This document shows, one piece after another, positions 7,720-18,339 of a stretch of 34,711 nt of DNA. The translations under genes were made by a program, and so were the position numbers. Origin of the DNA: an uncultured Alphaproteobacteria bacterium (lineage in GTDB: Bacteria > Pseudomonadota > Alphaproteobacteria > Rs-D84); the NCBI GenBank assembly GCA_944392815.1, contig CALXXY010000006.1, positions 1-34,711 on the forward strand, written 5' to 3'. Every line of letters begins with the position of its first letter. Within the stretch, counting starts at the first letter, position 1. Under the pieces are notes generated by a model. It did no database searches, was not told the DNA's origin, and worked only from the letters and a program-made list of their open reading frames with translations.

Positions 7720-8396
7720 AACAGCGAAAAATTATTCATAAATGCCTCGCGCAGGGCGGTGTCGACCTCGGCCCCGGATAATCCGCCACCACGCAGATAT
7801 TCAATTTGTGGTGCGGTGGCGTGATATATTGACGCACTGTGATCCGCCACCGCCGGCACAGCCGATATTCGTTGGGCCGGCATAAATTCCATACGTGCAC
7901 TTTTATCAGCCAACGCAGAAAAACGAATATCAGACACAGCATTTTCGCAATTTTTTTCAATTTCTGCGGTTGCGGATAATTTAGATAAACTGTTTTTTTC
8001 GGCAATTAATTTTGTATCAACCATTATTGTCGTGTCATTTGCCGCGTGAATTGCCCTGCATTCAAATTGCAAATTGTTGTTATTTGTCAACATAATGTGC
8101 CCACGACATTCAGAATTTTTCCCGGCATTTTTTATAAAAATGTGTAAAAAGGCCGGCTTTTTATTTTTTACACGAACGGATAAATACACAGGTTGTTTGT
8201 CAACAAAAATATTAATATCCAACCGGCAATTACCGGTAATTTCGCCAATATATATGATATGAATTGGGCGCGGATAATTTTCCCGAAAATCGGTTCCAAC
8301 AATTGTCGATAATTCGGGACAAAACACGCCATCGCGGTAAACAACTGTTTCCGCGTCAAAAGTTTTTATATTGAATTCGTTCCACATGTATGACAT
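7716..8396 (-). CDS. SufB/SufD-like beta-helix protein (short)
   Basis: C-terminal V.ADHSASI....QIEYLRGGGLS..E....L..AF matches the SufB/SufD C-terminus. Confidence 0.65.
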   Translation of the reverse strand: MSYMWNEFNIKTFDAETVVYRDGVFCPELSTIVGTDFRENYPRPIHIIYIGEITGNCRLDINIFVDKQPVYLSVRVKNKKPAFLHIFIKNAGKNSECRGHIMLTNNNNLQFECRAIHAANDTTIMVDTKLIAEKNSLSKLSATAEIEKNCENAVSDIRFSALADKSARMEFMPAQRISAVPAVADHSASIYHATAPQIEYLRGGGLSGAEVDTALREAFMNNFSLF

Positions 8397-8423
8397 ATTA
8401 TTGGCATTATAAAGGAAATAAAC

Positions 8424-9503
8424 ATGGGATTCAATTGCGGAATTGTTGGATTGCCGAATGTCGGTAAATCTACATTATTTAATGCGCTGACACAAAGTGC
8501 CGCGGCCGATGCACAGAATTATCCATTTTGTACAATCGAACCGAACACAGGCCGTGTTGTTGTGCCGGACGCAACATTGCATAAATTGGCCGATGTGGCA
8601 AAATCACAAAAAATCATTCCGACCCAATTGGAAATAGTGGATATTGCCGGCCTGGTGCGTGGCGCTTCTGCTGGCGAAGGGTTGGGGAATAAATTCCTGG
8701 GCAACATATTATCAACGGACGCAATTATTCATGTGGTACGTTGTTTTGAAAATGATGATATTGTCCACGTAAACGGAAAAATTGACCCATTGGCCGATAT
8801 AGACACAATTGAAACAGAATTAATGTTGGCCGATATGGAAAGTTTGGATAAACAGATTAAAAATCTGGAAAAAAGGGCGCACGGCCTGGATAAAAATGCG
8901 ATTAAATTATTGGCCGACGCGAATCAAATTCGTTCTAATTTGGCGGCCGGCGTTCCCGCCCGCAATGGCACTGTGGACGCGCGTCCATTTAATTTATTAA
9001 CGGCAAAACCCGTTATTTACGTATGTAATGTGGACGAAGCGTCCGCCGCAACAGGCAACAAATTTTCCGACGCTGTACGCGATAAATACGGCGATGCGGC
9101 GCCTGTATTGGTTATTTCATCAAAAATAGAAATGGAAATCGCCCAGATAGTTGACCCGACCGAAAGAAAAATGTTTTTGGACGATTTGGGATTATCTGAA
9201 TCCGGATTGGATAAAATAATCCGCACAGGATATGCCACATTGGGACTGCAAACATTCTATACCGTCGGCCCCAAGGAAGCGCACGCCTGGACAATCACAC
9301 GTGGCATGACCGCACCCCAGGCAGCCGGTAAAATACACACAGATTTTGAACGTGGATTTATTCGTGCAGAAATAATTTCACCATCTGATTTTATTGAATT
9401 GGGCGGCGAAGTACCTGTGCGCGAGGCCGGAAAAATGCGCCTGGTTGGCAAAGAATATATTATGCAGGACGGCGATATTTGTCATTTCCTGTTTAATAAT
9501 TAA
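8424..9503 (+). CDS. ychF: Ribosome-binding ATPase YchF
   Basis: GIVGLPNVGKSTLFNALT, NYPFCTIEPN, DIAGLV, C-terminal TGS domain (AAGKIHTDFERGFIRAE). Confidence 0.97.
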   Translation: MGFNCGIVGLPNVGKSTLFNALTQSAAADAQNYPFCTIEPNTGRVVVPDATLHKLADVAKSQKIIPTQLEIVDIAGLVRGASAGEGLGNKFLGNILSTDAIIHVVRCFENDDIVHVNGKIDPLADIDTIETELMLADMESLDKQIKNLEKRAHGLDKNAIKLLADANQIRSNLAAGVPARNGTVDARPFNLLTAKPVIYVCNVDEASAATGNKFSDAVRDKYGDAAPVLVISSKIEMEIAQIVDPTERKMFLDDLGLSESGLDKIIRTGYATLGLQTFYTVGPKEAHAWTITRGMTAPQAAGKIHTDFERGFIRAEIISPSDFIELGGEVPVREAGKMRLVGKEYIMQDGDICHFLFNN

Positions 9504-9514
9504 CTGTATAACAC

Positions 9515-9539
9515 AGGCCGGTATTTACCGGCCTTTTTT
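9515..9539. terminator. Intrinsic terminator
   Basis: AGGCCGGTA-TT-TACCGGCCT-TTTTT between convergent genes. Confidence 0.8.
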
Positions 9540-9547
9540 ATATTTTT

Positions 9548-9901
9548 TTATTGAATTATTAAATTTGAATCCAACACAGTTTGAATCATTTCCACCGTCG
9601 GCATTCGTGCCGGATATACGAATTCAAATTGTTTATTTAATGGAATTATATTTTTATCGTCAAACGGAATTTTTTCCCCGTCATTATACACAGTATATAT
9701 TTTATCATTCCAACGAATATTTTGTTTATGTTCCGTTTCAGTTTTTACCCCAATTTGAAAACGACGCATTGTCGAATGACTGCGTGCCAAAACAGACATT
9801 ATATGTGCGACACTGACTGCACGCCCACGCATTGGCACAAAATATCCCAAAATGCGCCCATCGTCCGGTGATTTAAAAAGATACGTATGTCTGATTTCCA
9901 T
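9548..9901 (-). CDS. Hypothetical protein, last gene of the mre-topA-dnaG operon
   Basis: 117 aa ORF starting 1 bp after the dnaG stop and filling the gap to the terminator; no recognised motif. Confidence 0.6.
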   Translation of the reverse strand: MEIRHTYLFKSPDDGRILGYFVPMRGRAVSVAHIMSVLARSHSTMRRFQIGVKTETEHKQNIRWNDKIYTVYNDGEKIPFDDKNIIPLNKQFEFVYPARMPTVEMIQTVLDSNLIIQ

Positions 9902-9902
9902 T

Positions 9903-11519
9903 CTACATTGACACCAAAGTATCCATTTTCTGGCGGGCGTCCGCTATTTTTGCGTCCAATGCCGCAATTTCGTCACGCACGTTTTCCCCCGCCAACAATT
10001 TTGATGTTAACGATTTCTTTTCAGATTGCAACCGTTCGATGTATTTTTGCAGTTTTAATGACACTATATATTTTTCGGCCGATTTTTCGTCCATGGTCAT
10101 ATCCGCCACATTGCCGTCGAAATCAATATTCATTGTTGCCAAAAAATCACCATATCTTTCGGCAATTTCCGGATATTTATTTACAATGAAAATAACAGTA
10201 TTTTTTGTTATATCATCAATTTCAGGCAACGCCATACGCGGTATATTTTGATTTTGTTTTTTCCATTTGTGCCAATTGTTAAAAATGCGCTGGCTGTATT
10301 CATTATCATATTCGGCACGCAGGGCCGCATCGGTAATTTTTTCAATTTTTTGTTTTAAAAATTTTTCTGCCTGGCTGCGTCCACCCGGTGTGGATACATT
10401 AAATCCGGCGTTTGCCAGGTTCCACAAAAAATCAACCAGCCCTGTTGCACCATCTATGATTTTTTGCATTGCACCCGCGCCAGATTTTTTTAATACCTCG
10501 TCCGGATCTTTGCCACCGGTCACAAAAGCAAAACGAACATCAGATGTATCACGTAAAAACGGCATAACTATGTCGCATGCACGTGCGGCGGCCTTTTGCC
10601 CGGCGGCGTCACCATCGAAACAAAACACGATATTGCGATTTGCCTTGCACAACATGGATATATGATCTTCGGTCAGGGCCGTACCCAATGGCGCAACAGT
10701 TTCCGGAAAACCATTGCATTGCATTTGAATGGCGTCAATTTGACCCTCGACTACTATGCTGCGGTTGGCGCGATGAATTGCGTCACGTGCAAAATTAAAT
10801 CCAAATATAGTACGCCGTTTATGAAATAATTCTGTATCCGTTGTGTTTATGTATTTAGGTTCACTGCCGTCCAATGACCGCCCAGAAAACGCAACAATTT
10901 GCCCGCGTGCGTTAAATATAGGAAACATTAATTTATCGCGGAAAAAATCATATAACCCATAATCGCCACGTCTGCACATACCTGTGGCCAGTAAATTATC
11001 CTGTTTTACATTAATAAATTTATTCGCGATTAAGTTATTTTTGGGCGCGTATCCTATGCGATATTTTTTTATCATATCATCGTTAAAACCGCGTCCACGA
11101 ATATAATCCAATGCCACAGAACCAGCCGGTTCAAACAATAATTTTTGATAAATATCACACGCCGCCGACATTATTTGATAATAAGATTCTTCGCGTGCCA
11201 CCTGTTCAGCGGGCTTTGGCTTGTAATCAGGCATTTTCAATCCCGCCTGGGCGGCCAATTCTGTAATTGCTGTTTTGAAATCCACATTTTCAGATTTCAT
11301 AACGAACGAAATAATATCGCCATGTTCGCCACAACCAAAACAGTGATAAAAACCTTTGTCTTCGTTCACGGAAAAACTGGGCGTTTTTTCATTATGAAAT
11401 GGACAACAGCCCCAATAATTTTGACCCTTTTTCACCAATGGAACACGCCGTCCAACAATATCAACGATTGACAGACGTTCACGTAATTCATCGGTAAAAT
11501 TTCTGTCATATTTCGGCAT
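9903..11519 (-). CDS. dnaG: DNA primase
   Basis: CPFHNEKTPSF...CFGC zinc finger, PKYINT, TOPRIM VEGQID and FDGDAAG, KDPDE. Confidence 0.97.
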   Translation of the reverse strand: MPKYDRNFTDELRERLSIVDIVGRRVPLVKKGQNYWGCCPFHNEKTPSFSVNEDKGFYHCFGCGEHGDIISFVMKSENVDFKTAITELAAQAGLKMPDYKPKPAEQVAREESYYQIMSAACDIYQKLLFEPAGSVALDYIRGRGFNDDMIKKYRIGYAPKNNLIANKFINVKQDNLLATGMCRRGDYGLYDFFRDKLMFPIFNARGQIVAFSGRSLDGSEPKYINTTDTELFHKRRTIFGFNFARDAIHRANRSIVVEGQIDAIQMQCNGFPETVAPLGTALTEDHISMLCKANRNIVFCFDGDAAGQKAAARACDIVMPFLRDTSDVRFAFVTGGKDPDEVLKKSGAGAMQKIIDGATGLVDFLWNLANAGFNVSTPGGRSQAEKFLKQKIEKITDAALRAEYDNEYSQRIFNNWHKWKKQNQNIPRMALPEIDDITKNTVIFIVNKYPEIAERYGDFLATMNIDFDGNVADMTMDEKSAEKYIVSLKLQKYIERLQSEKKSLTSKLLAGENVRDEIAALDAKIADARQKMDTLVSM

Positions 11520-13792
11520 TATTTTTTAGTTTTCCTGGTAAATTTACGCGTTGACGGCTTTTTATTATTTATTAAATCGATGGCCTCGTCCAAACTGGGT
11601 TGTGCGTTAACAGACACATTAACACGATTGGACGAAATATATGCGCCATATCGGCCGGTTGGATAATAAAATATAGATTTTCCGGTCACTGGATTTTCGC
11701 CCAGGTTAATGGGCTCGGCCTTTTTGATGCCGTTTTCCAATAAATCACGCGCCACGTCCAGTGTAATTGTTTCCGCGGTATATTGTTTTGCTGGCACGTT
11801 TTTTGTGCCATTTGTCACATATGGTCCAAACCGCCCAACACGGAAAGAAATCCCATCACCCAAATCAATATTTGTTGATTTTGATTTTTCAATATTTCCC
11901 GGATTTGATGTATCCACAGCCGTTTTATCAGTATCGGTTAAACGCATAGTATAATTACATTGTGGATAATTTTCGCACCCAATAAATGCACCGAATTTGG
12001 ATAATTTTATACCCAATTTTCCACCACACTGCGGACATTTATCATTACCGTCTGGGAATAAATGATTGTGCATAATATCATTTACAGCGTTAATAATATC
12101 GGTTGTTTTAACGCCGCGCGCCCCATCAATCATTTGTGATGTCGGCCCCCAGAACGCGCGCAAAGCGTCCAATTTATCACGTTTGCCATTTGATATATCG
12201 TCCAGGGTATCTTCTGTTTTTGCGGTAAAATTAACATCGACTAAATCGTTAAAATATTTTGATAAATATGCAGAAATAACCCACCCGCCCGGCGTTGGGT
12301 GAAAACGACGTTGTTTATCCTGTTCAACATATTTACGATCAACAATTGTTGACATAATGGTTGCATATGTTGATGGACGGCCTATGCCCAATTCTTCCAG
12401 TTTTTTTACCAGTGACGCTTCGGTATATCTGGCGGGTGGCTGGGTAAAATGTTGTTCAGGCAACAATTCAGTCACAGTAATTTTATCGCCCACGGCCAGT
12501 GGTGGCAATTTTGTTTCATCTGAATCTGTGGCGTCATCTTTATCTTCGGTATACACGCGCATAAAACCATCAAACGTACGTGTGGTTCCAACTGCGTGGA
12601 ATATTGCCACATGATTATTTGTTTCAATATCTGCGGACACACTGTCAAATTCAGCATTTGTCATTTGACATGCAATTGTTCGTTTCCAGATTAAATCATA
12701 TAATTTTGCTTCGTCCCCGGTCAGTTTTGGCGCCGCCCCATCAAAATGGGTGGGACGAATGGCCTCGTGCGCTTCCTGGGCGTTTTTAGATTTTGTCACA
12801 TATACGTTTGGTTTTTGTGGTACAAACGCGTCACCATACGTTTTGCCTATGTACGCGCGAATTTCGTTCACGGCATCAACAGATAAATTTGTGGCGTCGG
12901 TACGCATATATGTGATTAATCCCTGTTCATATAATTTTTGCGCGGTCGACATAGTTTTACGCGACGAAAAATATAATTTACGCGCGGCCTCTTGCTGCAA
13001 AGTACTGGTGGTAAATGGTGCCGCCGCCCTGCGCGAAGTTTTACGTTTATCAACCGATATTACATTTGCAACAATTTCTGGTTCCCCGATTTTTTCCAGG
13101 ATTTCATGCACATACGCGTTATTTTCAATTGTCATTTTTTCAATTTTTTTACCATTAAAATTTGACAATTGGGCATCAAAATTTGCACCACTGTGATTGC
13201 ATTTTGCCGTCAACGACCAATATTCAACAGGTTTGAAATTTTCGATTTCACGTTCCCTGTCGACAACCAATTTCACGGCCACAGATTGCACACGTCCCGC
13301 GCTGCGCCCCAAATTGCGCCGCCATAATAATGGTGAAATACCAAAACCAATTAAATAATCCAATGCGCGCCGCACCAGATATGCGTCCACCAGATTTTTA
13401 TCTATTTCGCGTGGGTGTTCAATTGCGTCCAAAACAGCATGTTTTGTAATTTCATGAAATGCGACACGATAAACTTTTTTGCCATTTAACGCATGTTTTG
13501 CATTTAATATATCCAAAATATGCCATGCGATTGCCTCGCCCTCGCGGTCAGGGTCGGACGCCAAATACACAGCGTCTGCGCGTTTTAATTCAGTAATAAT
13601 TTGTTTAATTTGTTTTTCTTTGCCTGGCATAATTTGCCAACGCATTGCAAAATCGTGTTCTGTATCAACACTGCCATTTTCAGGAACCAAATCGCGGACA
13701 TGGCCAACCGACGCGATAACGCGCCAGCCATCGCCCAAATATTTTTCAATTGTCTTTGCCTTTGACGGTGATTCAACGATAAGCAAATTCAT
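11519..13792 (-). CDS. topA: DNA topoisomerase I
   Basis: MNLLIVESPSKAKTI, DPDREGE, SAGRVQS, ITYMRTD, zinc ribbon CPQC...C...C. Start reassigned to ATG 13792, just after the rodA stop and with an AGGA RBS. Confidence 0.97.
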   Translation of the reverse strand: MNLLIVESPSKAKTIEKYLGDGWRVIASVGHVRDLVPENGSVDTEHDFAMRWQIMPGKEKQIKQIITELKRADAVYLASDPDREGEAIAWHILDILNAKHALNGKKVYRVAFHEITKHAVLDAIEHPREIDKNLVDAYLVRRALDYLIGFGISPLLWRRNLGRSAGRVQSVAVKLVVDREREIENFKPVEYWSLTAKCNHSGANFDAQLSNFNGKKIEKMTIENNAYVHEILEKIGEPEIVANVISVDKRKTSRRAAAPFTTSTLQQEAARKLYFSSRKTMSTAQKLYEQGLITYMRTDATNLSVDAVNEIRAYIGKTYGDAFVPQKPNVYVTKSKNAQEAHEAIRPTHFDGAAPKLTGDEAKLYDLIWKRTIACQMTNAEFDSVSADIETNNHVAIFHAVGTTRTFDGFMRVYTEDKDDATDSDETKLPPLAVGDKITVTELLPEQHFTQPPARYTEASLVKKLEELGIGRPSTYATIMSTIVDRKYVEQDKQRRFHPTPGGWVISAYLSKYFNDLVDVNFTAKTEDTLDDISNGKRDKLDALRAFWGPTSQMIDGARGVKTTDIINAVNDIMHNHLFPDGNDKCPQCGGKLGIKLSKFGAFIGCENYPQCNYTMRLTDTDKTAVDTSNPGNIEKSKSTNIDLGDGISFRVGRFGPYVTNGTKNVPAKQYTAETITLDVARDLLENGIKKAEPINLGENPVTGKSIFYYPTGRYGAYISSNRVNVSVNAQPSLDEAIDLINNKKPSTRKFTRKTKK

Positions 13793-13796
13793 AATC

Positions 13797-14942
13797 CTAA
13801 CTTCCTTTGGCAGATAATTGTTGATCTTTGTGAATATGCGCATTTTGGCACAGGCCGAATCCGAACATCAGTGATAATAAACTGCTGCCGCCGTATGACA
13901 TTAACGGCAAAGGTACCCCGACAGTCGGCACCAACCCCAGAACCATGGAAATATTTATAAAATAATAAATGAAAAAGTTCAACATAAATCCAAAACACAC
14001 CAATTGCCCAAACCTGTTGCGGCATGTTTTTGCGCACCAAAACAGTACTAAAATAATTGTAGTATACAGCATAAGCAACGCAAACGCCCCAACAAAGCCA
14101 AATTCTTCGCCCAACATAGTAAATATAAAATCAGTTTGTTTTTCCGGCAAAAATGATTGCTGTGATTGTGTGCCTGCCATATAGCCCTTGCCCAGCATAC
14201 CGCCCGAACCAAACGCTATTTTTGCCTGATTAATTTGATAACCTGCGCCCTGGGCATCGTGATCGGGGTTGATAAAAGTAATAATTCTGTCGCGTTGATA
14301 ATCATGCAGCCCGCCAAACCACATCAGTGGCGCGGCCATCAGGCCCAAAATTATCGCGATAATAAACCATTTTTTTTGCGCGCCAACGATATAAAACATT
14401 CCGACCGTAATCATACCCAGTGACAATGCTGTGCCCAAATCCGGTTGGGCCACAATTAATAAAAACGGCACCAGCAACATAGCCGCCGGCAACGCATAAT
14501 TTTTTAATTGTGATAATTCAACTGAATTCAGCCATGCAAAATATCGCGCCAATGCCAACACCAACGCTATTTTAATCAATTCAGATGGCTGCACATGGAA
14601 AAATCCCAGATTCAGCCAACGTTGCGCCCCCATGCCTGTGTGTCCAACAAAAGTCACCAAAATAATCATAATCAGCGCGATTGCGTATATAACATATGCT
14701 GATTTTATCCATGTTTTGATATTTGTGAATGTGGCAAAGAAAAATACCCCAAATCCCAACACGATTTTAACCAACTGGGATAACGCAAACGGCCGCCATG
14801 CGCCACCACCCGCCGAATACAACACTACAATAGATATTGCCAAAATCAAACACATTGGGATAAACATAGCCCACGAAAAACGCCCCAGTTTTTCTGGAAA
14901 ACTCATCATACTGGCATTTGAAACACGTGTTTGCCGTGTCAT
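13797..14942 (-). CDS. rodA: Rod shape-determining peptidoglycan glycosyltransferase RodA
   Basis: SEDS motifs GAQRW, QPSE, QPDLGT, LPEKQTDFIF, PLMSYGGSS; follows mrdA. Confidence 0.96.
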   Translation of the reverse strand: MTRQTRVSNASMMSFPEKLGRFSWAMFIPMCLILAISIVVLYSAGGGAWRPFALSQLVKIVLGFGVFFFATFTNIKTWIKSAYVIYAIALIMIILVTFVGHTGMGAQRWLNLGFFHVQPSELIKIALVLALARYFAWLNSVELSQLKNYALPAAMLLVPFLLIVAQPDLGTALSLGMITVGMFYIVGAQKKWFIIAIILGLMAAPLMWFGGLHDYQRDRIITFINPDHDAQGAGYQINQAKIAFGSGGMLGKGYMAGTQSQQSFLPEKQTDFIFTMLGEEFGFVGAFALLMLYTTIILVLFWCAKTCRNRFGQLVCFGFMLNFFIYYFINISMVLGLVPTVGVPLPLMSYGGSSLLSLMFGFGLCQNAHIHKDQQLSAKGS

Positions 14943-16714
14943 TTTTTATCCCCCAATAAAACACGTATAGTTGCCGCCACCGCGCGTGCAGCCGGGCCAC
15001 TGCCCCCGCTGTGTTCAGTTATCGCGCATACAGCATATCGTGGATTGTCTGTTGGCGCATATCCGACAAATAACCCATGATTACGCATATTCCATTTTAA
15101 TTGTTCGTTGGTTAATACCCCGCTTTCGCGTTCAGCACGTGAAATACTGCGCACCTGGGACGTACCGGTTTTTCCGCCCATACGCGCACCATTTACGTTG
15201 ATTGCACTGCCCGCGGCGGTTCCCCCGCGTTTTGTCACCTGTTCCAGGCCACTTAACACAGCATTAATATTTTTTTGCTGCAATCCCAGATTTTTAAATT
15301 TCGGGACATCGCCGGTTAAAATTAATCGCGGTACAACAACACGATTTGATGCAGTACGCGCCATCATAACGGCCAATTGCAGACAATTTGTTAATATAAA
15401 TCCCTGGCCAATACCAGAAATAATTGTATCACCATGAACCCAGTGATATCCGATTTTTTCTTCTTTCCAATATCTGTCTGGCATGATACCGGGCATTTCG
15501 CGGGATAAAACGCCATTCATATATGTTTCTGTAAATCCCAGTTTAATGGCCATATCTTTTATGGCATCAATACCTATGCGCAACGCCAATTGATAAAAAT
15601 AGATATCGCACGAATGCTTTAACGCGTCACGCAAATTTACCCAACCGTGACCATCGGGCACCCAACAGTGATAACGTCTGTCACCATAATCCCAGTGACC
15701 TGGACAATATATTTTTTCATTTGGTGTAATCGCCCCAGATTCCAACGCAGCCAGCGCAACAACTATTTTGAACGTGGATCCGGGCGGATACAGGCCTTCT
15801 ATCGCCTTGTTCATAAACGGTTTCATAAAATCATTTCGCAGCGACGATAAATATTCGTCTGCGTCATCACTGGAAAATAAATTTGCGTCAAAACTGGGGG
15901 CGGACACCATGGCCAAAATGTCACCATTTTTAATATCCAGCGCAACACCACACCCAGATTTATGTGCCAACAATGCATCATACATAGTGCGCTGGGCGTC
16001 GGCATTTATGGTTGTGCGTACATTTTGCCCAATAACAGGTGCACGAAATTGGGATTTATCTTCGCCGGTCACCCGCCCAACCGCATTTGTAATCATCACA
16101 GTTTGCCCCGGAATTCCGGCCAATTCGTCATTAAACCTGCGTTCCAGACCTGTAATCCCAGTTGTCATAAATGGTGCGTTTGGCACAGGTTCGTCCGGTG
16201 CGCCCACATATCCAAATATTTGTGCGCCGGCCGGCCCCATTTCGTATACGCGTGCAAATCCGCTGCGCACATGCATACCGGGAATATTTTTCGCCTGCAA
16301 CGGGGCCAATTCCGCCCAATTAGAATTTTCGCTGATTAACACAGGTTGAAAACGCGGCTGTTTTTTTATTTGTGCATAAATTCTGTCGACGCGTTTTTTT
16401 GATAATTTTAATTCGTCCGCAACAGTTTTTATAACTTCGTCCAGATTTTCTGTTTCTTCGGGAATAATATATATACGATATATTTTTGTATCGCGCGAAA
16501 TATCCGCCCCAGACGCAGATAAAATACGTCCGCGTTCAGGCATATTAATTTGAATTCGAAATGAGTTATTTTGGCTTTTTTGTGAATATTCGCGATAGTT
16601 AAATAACTGCATTTGCAGCATGCGCAACACCAGCGCAGATGTCAGTATTGCCCCCGCTGTTAAAAACAGCGCACTGCGACGGTCAAAGGTTCGTGCGACT
16701 TCTTTATCTATCAT
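14939..16714 (-). CDS. mrdA: Penicillin-binding protein 2
   Basis: N-terminal TM, PERGRI, transpeptidase SxxK (GSTFK), SCD and KTG motifs. Confidence 0.95.
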   Translation of the reverse strand: MIDKEVARTFDRRSALFLTAGAILTSALVLRMLQMQLFNYREYSQKSQNNSFRIQINMPERGRILSASGADISRDTKIYRIYIIPEETENLDEVIKTVADELKLSKKRVDRIYAQIKKQPRFQPVLISENSNWAELAPLQAKNIPGMHVRSGFARVYEMGPAGAQIFGYVGAPDEPVPNAPFMTTGITGLERRFNDELAGIPGQTVMITNAVGRVTGEDKSQFRAPVIGQNVRTTINADAQRTMYDALLAHKSGCGVALDIKNGDILAMVSAPSFDANLFSSDDADEYLSSLRNDFMKPFMNKAIEGLYPPGSTFKIVVALAALESGAITPNEKIYCPGHWDYGDRRYHCWVPDGHGWVNLRDALKHSCDIYFYQLALRIGIDAIKDMAIKLGFTETYMNGVLSREMPGIMPDRYWKEEKIGYHWVHGDTIISGIGQGFILTNCLQLAVMMARTASNRVVVPRLILTGDVPKFKNLGLQQKNINAVLSGLEQVTKRGGTAAGSAINVNGARMGGKTGTSQVRSISRAERESGVLTNEQLKWNMRNHGLFVGYAPTDNPRYAVCAITEHSGGSGPAARAVAATIRVLLGDKK

Positions 16715-17165
16715 CACACACCCTTTTGATTAATGCAGTAATTGGAATATACAACGTTGACGCCCATGCAAACAGCCATACAGCGCGAATTAAATTCGAC
16801 AAATTAAAACCAAATATAGACAGCACCAATGTTGAAACACCGAAAAACAGCATAAATACATACAATGCATTTTTGTCTGCATGTGTTAAATCAAAAAATG
16901 TTTGAAAACCGTTTATTGCGTAAAACACGCAATACATCACAGTCCAATAAATTAATGTATCGAACCTGTAATCTATTAAAAAACAAAATAATAACGCAAC
17001 CGGTGCAAACCACGGCACAGGCCGTACAAACGAACAATAAAATATGGGAATCATGGCCAAAATACCGGCCGGATTCCAAAACGGCACAGACAACCGCCAC
17101 AGCAAAATTACTGTGATAAATGGGAATGCAGCCCGTAAAAATTGCACCAGTTTATATTTTATCAT
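16704..17165 (-). CDS. mreD: Rod shape-determining protein MreD (divergent)
   Basis: Multi-TM hydrophobic protein of ~153 aa between mreC and mrdA; call rests mainly on synteny. Start taken at ATG 17165. Confidence 0.7.
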   Translation of the reverse strand: MIKYKLVQFLRAAFPFITVILLWRLSVPFWNPAGILAMIPIFYCSFVRPVPWFAPVALLFCFLIDYRFDTLIYWTVMYCVFYAINGFQTFFDLTHADKNALYVFMLFFGVSTLVLSIFGFNLSNLIRAVWLFAWASTLYIPITALIKRVCDDR

Positions 17166-17982
17166 TGTATGTGTTTGGTGTATCAAATTGCAAAACAATC
17201 ACACGTGACAAAGCGCCTGGGCGCGTTATACGTACATCTGATTCATTTATCATATCGCCAACAATAATCCCATTTGGCAAAACCCCGCTGATATTGCTGG
17301 TTATTAATATATCGCCCGCAGATGGTGTAAATTCAGGATTGCTGAACAATCCAACAGTTGGTGTATCGGTGCCATTTCCGCGCAGAAAACCGTAAACCTC
17401 GGACCCGGCAACACGCACGGCGACATTTGTGTTTGAATCAGTTAATGCCCGCACACGTGAAAAATTATCCGCTGTATCGGTTATTACGCCAACCAATGCC
17501 CCACTGGTGGATATAACCACCATACCATTCGATAAACCATGTTTTGCGCCCTTGTTAATAAAAAACGTGCTGTGATGAAATGCGGTATTATCGTATGTAA
17601 TATCAGCCACAACAGCGTTTCTGGGTTGACTGGCCACCAAATCCAGTTCCTGGGTTAATTTTTTATTTTCCGCCACTGCAACATGGCAAATCCCCTGGTC
17701 ACGCAGTGCGTCGGCCAATTGCGCGCGTAATTCGGCATTTTCAGCGCGTAAATTGGACAATTCACGTATATTATCAATACCCGCCCCAACCGCGCGCACA
17801 GGCCATGTAATTACGTCGCCCACCCAATTGGCCACAGGCAACACAATATGTCCCAACCCATTCATAATGGCATAATCGGGCTTTGCAATCATAATGTAAA
17901 TAAACAACACAGGCAACACCGCGGCGGCGGCAGCGGATTTAATAATTTGACGTAATCTGGCGGACAGTTTATTTTGGTTCAT
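17152..17982 (-). CDS. mreC: Rod shape-determining protein MreC
   Basis: TM plus coiled coil (LRAENAELR), INKG..HG...GM.V....LVG, GD.LITS..SGV.P.GI.VG. Confidence 0.92.
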   Translation of the reverse strand: MNQNKLSARLRQIIKSAAAAAVLPVLFIYIMIAKPDYAIMNGLGHIVLPVANWVGDVITWPVRAVGAGIDNIRELSNLRAENAELRAQLADALRDQGICHVAVAENKKLTQELDLVASQPRNAVVADITYDNTAFHHSTFFINKGAKHGLSNGMVVISTSGALVGVITDTADNFSRVRALTDSNTNVAVRVAGSEVYGFLRGNGTDTPTVGLFSNPEFTPSAGDILITSNISGVLPNGIIVGDMINESDVRITRPGALSRVIVLQFDTPNTYNDKI

Positions 17983-18120
17983 CGGGCATAAGTGTAGACA
18001 CTAAAATCCAGATATTCAATAAAAACTTGATTTTTCATTTAATTATGTCAAAATAGCCCACGTGTTAAACAAACCGAAATGGCAATGGCATTGCCATCAG
18101 GGAAATGAAAAGAGGTAAAA

Positions 18121-18324
18121 ATGCCAAAATTAAAAACAAAATCGTACTTGAAAAAGCGCGCATCTATGACTGCGACCGGTAAAATCCGTGTTGCCAGAAA
18201 TGCTCACAAAAAATTGTTGCGTCACAAATCCAAACGTGCAAATAACGCTGGGTCAAAACCGCAATATTTAAATGATAACATGACGGGACAGGCAAAAATC
18301 TTGGCCCCATATGGTTTGAAATAA
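18121..18324 (+). CDS. rpmI: 50S ribosomal protein bL35
   Basis: MPKLKTKS..KKR...TATGK...K.L.PY; upstream of rplT; GAGG RBS. Confidence 0.93.
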   Translation: MPKLKTKSYLKKRASMTATGKIRVARNAHKKLLRHKSKRANNAGSKPQYLNDNMTGQAKILAPYGLK

Positions 18325-18339
18325 TAAAAGGGGGCAATT

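Noticed and set aside
13793-13843. N-terminal extension of TopA in the ORF track
   Set aside because: Overlaps rodA; the conserved start MNLLIVESP with RBS is at 13792.
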